Origin: Pseudomonadota bacterium | Lineage (GTDB): Archaea; Thermoplasmatota; SW-10-69-26; JACQPN01; JAJPHT01 | Assembly: GCA_021325135.1 (NCBI GenBank) | Contig: JAJPHT010000004.1 | Coordinates: forward strand, 1 to 64,000 | Direction of reading: 5' to 3' | DNA: 64,000 nucleotides | Part shown: positions 58,029 to 64,000 of the stretch, one piece after another | Layout: each line of letters opens with the position of its first letter | Position numbering within the stretch: the first letter of the stretch is position 1 | Program-made: the position numbers and the translations under genes | The notes under the pieces: model-generated | The model's database searches: none | The model's input: only the letters and a program-made list of their open reading frames with translations | Told to the model about the DNA's origin: nothing

Positions 58029-58976
58029 GTGCGGATCGCCGTGCTAGGGGCAGGGGCCGTGGGCTGCGCCCTGGGGGCCGGCCTGGCCCGCGTGGCGGAG
58101 GTCCGCCTGGTGGCCCGGGGCGATCACCTGGCGGCGCTCCAGCGGGACGGCCTCCTCCTGGACGGCCGGAGGGTGCGCCTCCCGGCCGCGGAGCGCCTGG
58201 AGCCGGGGGCCAACCTGGTGATCGCGGCCGTGAAGACCCAGGACCTGGACGGTGCCCTGGCGGCCTCCCGGGGGGCGCTGGGCCAGGCGCGCGTCCTCAC
58301 GATCCAGAACGGCCTGGCCGCCGAGGGGATCGCCGCCCGGCACGTCCCCGCGGAGCGCGTGGTGGGGTGCGTCACGGCCCTGGACGCCGAGATGCTGGAG
58401 CCGGGGGTCGTGACCGTGGGGCGCGTGGGCGGGCTCGTGCTCTCCGGCGCGCCCGACGTGGCGGCGCTCCTCTCCCAAGCTGGCTTCCCCACGAGGGTCA
58501 GCGCCAACTTCGCGGGCGCGCGCTGGACGAAGCTCCTGGTCAACCTCAACAACGCCCTCCTGGCCGCCACGGGCCTCACGGCGCAGGAGGCCTACGCGCG
58601 GCGCGACCTGCCGCGGCTCTCGGTGCGGCTGGTCAGGGAGGGGCTCGCCGTCGCGCGGGCCGAGGGGGTCCGCCTGGAGCGCATCCCGTGGGCGGACCCG
58701 CGGCAGGTGGCGCTCCTCGCGCGGCTCCCCGAGGAGTGGGCCGCCCGCCTCCTGGCCGCGCGGGTGCGGCGCGACGCGGGGAGCGTCCCCCTGCGCGGCT
58801 CGACCCAGCAGAGCCTCCTGAGGGGCCGCAGCGTGGAGGTCGCGTGGCTCAACGGGGAGGTGGTCGCGCGGGGGCGGCGTCTCGGGGTCCCGACGCCGGC
58901 CAACGAGGCCATGGTCGCCGCGGTGGAGCGGGTCGCGGCCTCAGGGGAGCCCGTCCCGCCCGCGGCGCTCGCCTAG
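58029..58976 (+). CDS. panE: 2-dehydropantoate 2-reductase family protein
   Basis: GAGAVG, AVK, QNGL, W.KL..N...N, ST.Q....GR..E...LNG. Confidence 0.9.
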   Translation: MRIAVLGAGAVGCALGAGLARVAEVRLVARGDHLAALQRDGLLLDGRRVRLPAAERLEPGANLVIAAVKTQDLDGALAASRGALGQARVLTIQNGLAAEGIAARHVPAERVVGCVTALDAEMLEPGVVTVGRVGGLVLSGAPDVAALLSQAGFPTRVSANFAGARWTKLLVNLNNALLAATGLTAQEAYARRDLPRLSVRLVREGLAVARAEGVRLERIPWADPRQVALLARLPEEWAARLLAARVRRDAGSVPLRGSTQQSLLRGRSVEVAWLNGEVVARGRRLGVPTPANEAMVAAVERVAASGEPVPPAALA

Positions 58977-59555
58977 CCGCCCGACCACGAAGAAGAGGGT
59001 CGCCACGACGCCCCCGCCCAGCGCGATGGCCAGGAGGCCTGGAGCGCCGTGGCGCGCGGGGGGCTCCGCCGAGGCCGTCGCGTCGGGCGCGGGCGGGGCG
59101 GGCTCCGGGGCGGGTGCGTCGCCCGCGACGTAGCGCACGCCCAGCGACGCCTCCGCGCTGGGGTCGCCCGACGTCACGCACGAGGAGGGCAGGTCGTAGC
59201 CCGCCGCGACCATGACCTGCCCCTGCGTGCCCGCGGCGGGCGCCAGCACGAGGAGCGCGTCCGCGTCCGCCTCGAAGGGGCGCCCCACGTAGCCGCCCGC
59301 GGGGACGCGGACGACGACCTCCGCGGGGACCTGCGCCTGGGCGTCGGAGGGGCCGTAGGCCGCGAGCCGCACGCGCAGCTCCTCGTCCTGGCTGCACACG
59401 GCGTCCGCGAGGACGACGTGCACGCGCAGCGGGACGCGCGTCTCGCCCTGCGCGTGGACGAGCGCGTCGGGCCCCTCCAGCGAGAGCCCCGCTCCCGAGG
59501 CCGCGGCCACGGGGAGGAGCGAGAGCGCGAGGAGGGCGGCGAGGACGCGGATCAA
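58941..59555 (-). CDS. Secreted protein with C-terminal TM anchor
   Basis: Signal peptide, two Cys, Pro linker, APG plus TM. Confidence 0.65.
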   Translation of the reverse strand: MIRVLAALLALSLLPVAAASGAGLSLEGPDALVHAQGETRVPLRVHVVLADAVCSQDEELRVRLAAYGPSDAQAQVPAEVVVRVPAGGYVGRPFEADADALLVLAPAAGTQGQVMVAAGYDLPSSCVTSGDPSAEASLGVRYVAGDAPAPEPAPPAPDATASAEPPARHGAPGLLAIALGGGVVATLFFVVGRLGERRGRDGLP

Positions 59556-59618
59556 TCGTCTAGGCGTCGGCGCGCGGGGACGATGCCGCTTGTGGAGCGG
59601 TGGGCGAAGGCCCGCATC

Positions 59619-61271
59619 TCACGCGTCCGCGGGCGGGCGGTACTCGCCCCACTCGGCGCGCAGCGCGTGGCAGATCTCGCCCACCGTCGCGTGGGCCTTC
59701 ACGGCGTCGACGATCACGGGCACGAGGTTCTCCTCGCCCCGCGCGGCCTCGCGCACGCGCGCGAGGGCCTTCTGCACGGCGGCCGCGTCGCGGCGCGCCT
59801 TGAACGCCTTGAGGCGCTGGACCTGCTCGCGCTCCACGGCGGCGTTGACCTTGAGGATCTCCACGTCCGTCTCGTCGTTGCCCTGCGTGAAGTCGTTCAC
59901 GCCCACGACGACGCTCTCGCGCGACTCCAGCGCCTTCTGCGCGCGGTACGCGCTCTCGTGGATCTCCCGCTGGACCCAGCCGCGCTCGATGGCGCGCAGC
60001 ATGCCGCCCATGCGCTCGATCTCCTCGATGAGCCGCCACGCCTCCTGCTCCAGCTTGTCGGTGAGCCACTCGACGTAGTAGGAGCCCGCGAAGGGGTCCA
60101 CGGTGTTGGCGACGCCGCTCTCCTCGGCGAGGATCTGCTGCGTGCGCAGGGCAATCCGCGCGGCCTTCTCGGTGGGCAGGCCCAGCGCCTCGTCCATGCT
60201 GTTGGTGTGGAGGCTCTGCGTGCCGCCCAGCACGGCGGCCATGGCCTGCACCGCGACGCGCACGACGTTGTTCTCGGGCTGCTGCGCCGTGAGCGTGCTG
60301 CCGCCGGTCTGCGTGTGGAAGCGCAGCATCCAGCTTCGCGGGTCCTTGGCGTGGAAGCGGTCGCGCATGATCTTCGTCCACATGCGGCGCGCCGCGCGGA
60401 ACTTCGCGACCTCCTCCAGGAGGTCGTTGTGCGCGTTGAAGAAGAAGGAGAGCTGCCCGGCGAACTCGTCCACGTCCAGGCCGCGCCGCCGCGCCGCCTC
60501 CACGTAGGTGATGCCGTCCATGAGCGTGAAGGCCAATTCCTGCGCCGCGGTGGCGCCGGCCTCGCGGATGTGGTAGCCCGAGATGGAGATGGTGTTCCAG
60601 CGCGGCACCTCCTTCGCGCAGAACTCGAAGACGTCGGTGATGAGGCGCATCGACTGCTCGGGCGGGAAGATGTAGGTGCCCCGCGCGACGTACTCCTTCA
60701 GGATGTCGTTCTGCACGGTGCCGCCCAGCTTCGCGCGGGGGATGCCGTTCTTCTCCGCCACCGCGACGTAGAGCGCCAGGAGCACCGCCGCGGGCGCGTT
60801 GATGGTCATGGAGGTCGTGACCTTGTCCAGCGGGATGCCGCCGAAGAGCGTCTCCATGTCCTCCAGGCTGCTCACCGCGACGCCCACCTTGCCCACCTCG
60901 CCCTCCGCGATGGGGTCGTCGGAGTCGTAGCCGATCTGCGTGGGCAGGTCGAACGCCACCGAGAGGCCCGTCGTGCCGTGGGCGAGGAGGTAGCGGTAGC
61001 GCTTGTTGGACTCCGCCGCGCTGCCGAACCCCGCGTACTGGCGCATCGTCCAGAGGCGGCCGCGGTACATGGTGGGCTGCACGCCGCGCGTGAACGGGGG
61101 CTCGCCGGGGAAGCCCACGTCGCGCAGTTGGTCCTCGCCCTTCACGTCCTCGGGCGTGGCCAGGGGCGGGACGGGGATGCCGCCGCCCGTGCGGAACTCG
61201 GGCTGACGCTCGGGGACCTTGCGCTTGGCGGGCCCGTAGGTCTTCTCCTCCCAGCGCTTCTTGCCGCTCAT
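59619..61271 (-). CDS. Methylmalonyl-CoA mutase, substrate-binding (large) subunit
   Basis: [51 protein letters not shown]; no B12-binding domain. Confidence 0.96.
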   Translation of the reverse strand: MSGKKRWEEKTYGPAKRKVPERQPEFRTGGGIPVPPLATPEDVKGEDQLRDVGFPGEPPFTRGVQPTMYRGRLWTMRQYAGFGSAAESNKRYRYLLAHGTTGLSVAFDLPTQIGYDSDDPIAEGEVGKVGVAVSSLEDMETLFGGIPLDKVTTSMTINAPAAVLLALYVAVAEKNGIPRAKLGGTVQNDILKEYVARGTYIFPPEQSMRLITDVFEFCAKEVPRWNTISISGYHIREAGATAAQELAFTLMDGITYVEAARRRGLDVDEFAGQLSFFFNAHNDLLEEVAKFRAARRMWTKIMRDRFHAKDPRSWMLRFHTQTGGSTLTAQQPENNVVRVAVQAMAAVLGGTQSLHTNSMDEALGLPTEKAARIALRTQQILAEESGVANTVDPFAGSYYVEWLTDKLEQEAWRLIEEIERMGGMLRAIERGWVQREIHESAYRAQKALESRESVVVGVNDFTQGNDETDVEILKVNAAVEREQVQRLKAFKARRDAAAVQKALARVREAARGEENLVPVIVDAVKAHATVGEICHALRAEWGEYRPPADA

Positions 61272-61314
61272 GAGGGCCGGACTCTGCGGCCCCCACATGA
61301 AGCTGCCCTCTCCC

Positions 61315-63141
61315 TTAGGTCTCCGCCGCGTGCGCGTCCTCGCGCGCCTTCGCGTCGGTCCAGGCGGAGAGGCGCGAGCGGAACGCGTACCAGGGCGCCG
61401 CGCCGAACGCGCCGCCGTAGAAGGCGATCCACGCGGCCAGGAGCGCGCGCGCCGCGGCGAGCTTGCCCGTCTGCGCGAACTCCAGCCACTCGTCCCAGGC
61501 GAGGCCGCACGCGACGGCGAGGAGCGCCCCGCTCGCCAGCGTCTCGAAGACGGGCCACGAGCCCGCGCGGGCGCCGCGGCGCTTCTCGGTGCGCGTGAAC
61601 GCCATGGGGATGCGCAGGACGCCCTTGGTGGCGCCCCACGCGTTGCTCAGCTTCACCGACATCCAGAGGCCCAGGACGCCCAGCGTGGCGCGGGCCGTGC
61701 GGTCCACCGAGCGGCGCAGCGCGACGTGGAGGCGCACGACGCCGTCGAAGAGCAGGAAGAACGGCACGAGCGCGAGGAGCAGCACCTCGTCGGCGTGCTG
61801 CGTCATGAGGTGCATGCCCAGGAGGTCCGCGACGCCCAGGATGAGGAGCATCGCGGCCATGAGGAGCATGACCGCGCCGTCGAACCAGTGCAGGCTCCCC
61901 ACGAGGAAGTCCGCCTTCTGGCGGAACGTCATCTTGGAGCGCGTCATGCGCTTCGCGTGCCCGCGGAGGATCTGCCCGCCACCGTAGGCCCAGCGGTGGT
62001 GCTGCTTGCGGAACGACTCGTAGCTCGCGGGGATGAGGCCGCGGCCGTAGGTGCGGTTGACGTAGAGGGAATGATAGCTGATGCCGATGACGCGGATGGA
62101 GAGCTCCGAGTCCTCGCAGAGGTACGCCTCGCCCCAGGCGCCGGCCTCCTCCAGCGCGGCGCGGCGCAGGATGCCCATGGTGCCGCAGAAGATGATGGCG
62201 CCCTCCTCGTTGCGGCTGGGCATGACGGCGCGGTAGAAGAACGCGTCCGCGACGTGATATCTCCGGGTGATGAACGACTCGTCCGCGTTGCGGTAGTCCT
62301 GGGGCGTCTGGAGGAAGCCCAGCTTGGGGTCGACGAAGTAGCCCACCGTCTCGCGCAGGTACGCCGGGTCCACCTGGTAGTCCGCGTCCACGACGGCGAT
62401 GAGCTCCACCTCGGGGGGCGTCGCCTTGAGCGCGTCGTTGAGCGCGCCGGCCTTGAAGCCGCGGCGGTCCGTGCGGTGGAGGTGCTGGACGCCGTGCTGC
62501 GCGCAGAAGCCCGCAAGGCGCGCGACGGCGGCCTCGTCCGTGGAGTCGTCCAGGAGCATGATCGTCAGCCGCTCGCGCGGGTAGTCCACCGCGAGGATGC
62601 TGCGCAGCGTGTCCTCCACGAGCTCGGGGGGCTCGTTGAACGCCGCGACGTGGAACGCGACGCGGGGCACGTAGTAGGAGGAGAAAGGCTGGTCGTCGCT
62701 GCGCCGCGACCAGCGCTTGCGCGACGCGATGTCCAGCGCGTAGAAGGCGTGCACCGCGGCGAGGGCGAGGCTCGCCGTCTCCGCGACGAAGAGGAGGACC
62801 GAGAAGGGGAGCCCCTGGGCCGGCACGCGGGGGAGCGCCACCGTCGCCTCGTGGAGGACGTAGCCCGCGACGACGGAGACGACGGCCACGTAGGAGGCGA
62901 CGCCGTAGGAGCGCCACGAGCAGCGCGCGAGGAGGAGGCCCGCGCACGCGCCCAGCGTGATGCATGCGAACTCCGCGAAGCTCAGGGACGCCAGCGCGCG
63001 CGAGGCCAGCAGGGCGACGGCGTGGCGGTTGAGCGCCGTCGCGGGCCAGCTGGCCATGATGTAGCCCAGCACGAACACGCAGAGGCCCATGAGGGCGCCT
63101 GCGATGGAGCCGAACAGGATTTGGAAGGCGCGGCGGAGCAT
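61315..63141 (-). CDS. Processive GT2 beta-glycan synthase (cellulose-synthase-like), no PilZ
   Basis: [30 protein letters not shown]; TMs on both sides. Confidence 0.9.
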   Translation of the reverse strand: MLRRAFQILFGSIAGALMGLCVFVLGYIMASWPATALNRHAVALLASRALASLSFAEFACITLGACAGLLLARCSWRSYGVASYVAVVSVVAGYVLHEATVALPRVPAQGLPFSVLLFVAETASLALAAVHAFYALDIASRKRWSRRSDDQPFSSYYVPRVAFHVAAFNEPPELVEDTLRSILAVDYPRERLTIMLLDDSTDEAAVARLAGFCAQHGVQHLHRTDRRGFKAGALNDALKATPPEVELIAVVDADYQVDPAYLRETVGYFVDPKLGFLQTPQDYRNADESFITRRYHVADAFFYRAVMPSRNEEGAIIFCGTMGILRRAALEEAGAWGEAYLCEDSELSIRVIGISYHSLYVNRTYGRGLIPASYESFRKQHHRWAYGGGQILRGHAKRMTRSKMTFRQKADFLVGSLHWFDGAVMLLMAAMLLILGVADLLGMHLMTQHADEVLLLALVPFFLLFDGVVRLHVALRRSVDRTARATLGVLGLWMSVKLSNAWGATKGVLRIPMAFTRTEKRRGARAGSWPVFETLASGALLAVACGLAWDEWLEFAQTGKLAAARALLAAWIAFYGGAFGAAPWYAFRSRLSAWTDAKAREDAHAAET

Positions 63142-63803
63142 CAGAACCAGACCTCGAACTCGCATGCTGGCGCGCCGGACGTGCGGCAGTGGACCTCGTG
63201 CGCGATGGCGGTGCGCCCCAGCGCGCGCGTGAACGCGGTCTCGATGAAGCCGCACTCGAACGCGCACCCTTCGACGCCTTGCGTCGAGGGGCCCTCGCGC
63301 CCGCAGCCGCGGCAGGAGTAGAGGTTGACCTTGAGGAAGCCGGGGAGCGCGCGCACGATGCGCGGATCGCCCATCTCGGTCTCCACCATGCGGTCGAGGA
63401 CGTGGTCGAGCGTCTCGGCCCCCGCCCGCGCGCCCGCGGCGCGCCCGCGCTCGAACTCCAGGTCGCGCGGCCCGCGGTACGCGTCGCGGGGCGCCGCGTC
63501 CTCCATGCGGACGCGCGTGTGGACGCTGCGCGCCTTGGGCGGGTCGGGGGCGGGCGCCTCCAGGGCCGAGCCGAAGAGGGCGACGAGCCCCACGGCGGTC
63601 ATGACCAGCACTCCGCCAAGCACCAGCAGGAGGCCGGGGCTCACGCCGCCGGGCAGGAGCTGGCGCTGGAGCAGCCACGCGAGCGCGCGCAGCGAGAGCC
63701 TGACGACGCCCGCCAGCGCGACGCGCCCCGAGGCGGTCGCGAGCAAGGGGAGGCCCAGGGCGAGGACGATGAGCAGGAGCGCGAGGCGGAGTTGCCGTCC
63801 CAT
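63141..63803 (-). CDS. Membrane-anchored V4R domain protein
   Basis: N-terminal TMs; CRGC...CAFECGFI...EVHC...G...CEFEV; TGATG overlap with GT2. Confidence 0.85.
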   Translation of the reverse strand: MGRQLRLALLLIVLALGLPLLATASGRVALAGVVRLSLRALAWLLQRQLLPGGVSPGLLLVLGGVLVMTAVGLVALFGSALEAPAPDPPKARSVHTRVRMEDAAPRDAYRGPRDLEFERGRAAGARAGAETLDHVLDRMVETEMGDPRIVRALPGFLKVNLYSCRGCGREGPSTQGVEGCAFECGFIETAFTRALGRTAIAHEVHCRTSGAPACEFEVWF

Positions 63804-63908
63804 CCGGCGCCGCGGCCTCCCTGTCATTCGACCTACGTTATGGATCGGACGTCGAAGGAACGGCGGGAGCCCGAAAGCGATTTGAGGGATCAGCCGTCAT
63901 CGGCAGGC

Positions 63909-64000
63909 ATGCGACCCACGCCCCTCCTTGCTCTTCTGGTGGCGGCCATGGCGCTCGCCGGCTGCGCCTCGTCGCCGGCCGCTCCCGCGCCGGGCCAGGA
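63909..64000 (+). CDS. Lipoprotein (3' truncated by window edge)
   Basis: MRPTPLLALLVAAMALAGC lipobox. Confidence 0.7.
   Translation, partial: MRPTPLLALLVAAMALAGCASSPAAPAPGQ

Noticed and set aside
59619-61271. Mutase lacking the cobalamin-binding domain as a pseudogene
   Set aside because: Split two-subunit mutases are normal in archaea

Overview
Very GC-rich (visually about 70% or more) archaeal chromosomal segment, most consistent with a Thermoplasmatota-like lineage (inferred from archaeal-type uS5/uL30/uL15, TrpRS, PheRS-alpha, DUF5611, a COG1709 regulator and the HMG-CoA synthase/thiolase/DUF35 cluster). Housekeeping and metabolic genes include trpS, pheS, queC, rnhC, hutU/G/I, an exonuclease-ATP-dependent ligase pair, a YcaQ-like glycosylase, Mrp/ApbC, panE, a methylmalonyl-CoA mutase subunit and ABC/MFS transporters. 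They are interspersed with many secreted or lipobox proteins of unknown function. No tRNA, rRNA, CRISPR array or transposase was recognised. Most notable: (1) three paralogs of an unrecognised secreted six-Cys acidic protein, two of them arising from a tandem duplication whose 9-bp microhomology junction is still readable; (2) a membrane-anchored V4R protein translationally coupled to a PilZ-less cellulose-synthase-like GT2; (3) a mevalonate-entry operon whose thiolase has Asp in place of the nucleophilic Cys and which carries an extra coupled ORF; (4) a cysteine dioxygenase-sulfite oxidase pair; (5) a nested CACGTG palindrome, a 57-bp-arm hairpin and a dispersed REP-like family. All family calls come from motif recognition by eye; no searches were run.
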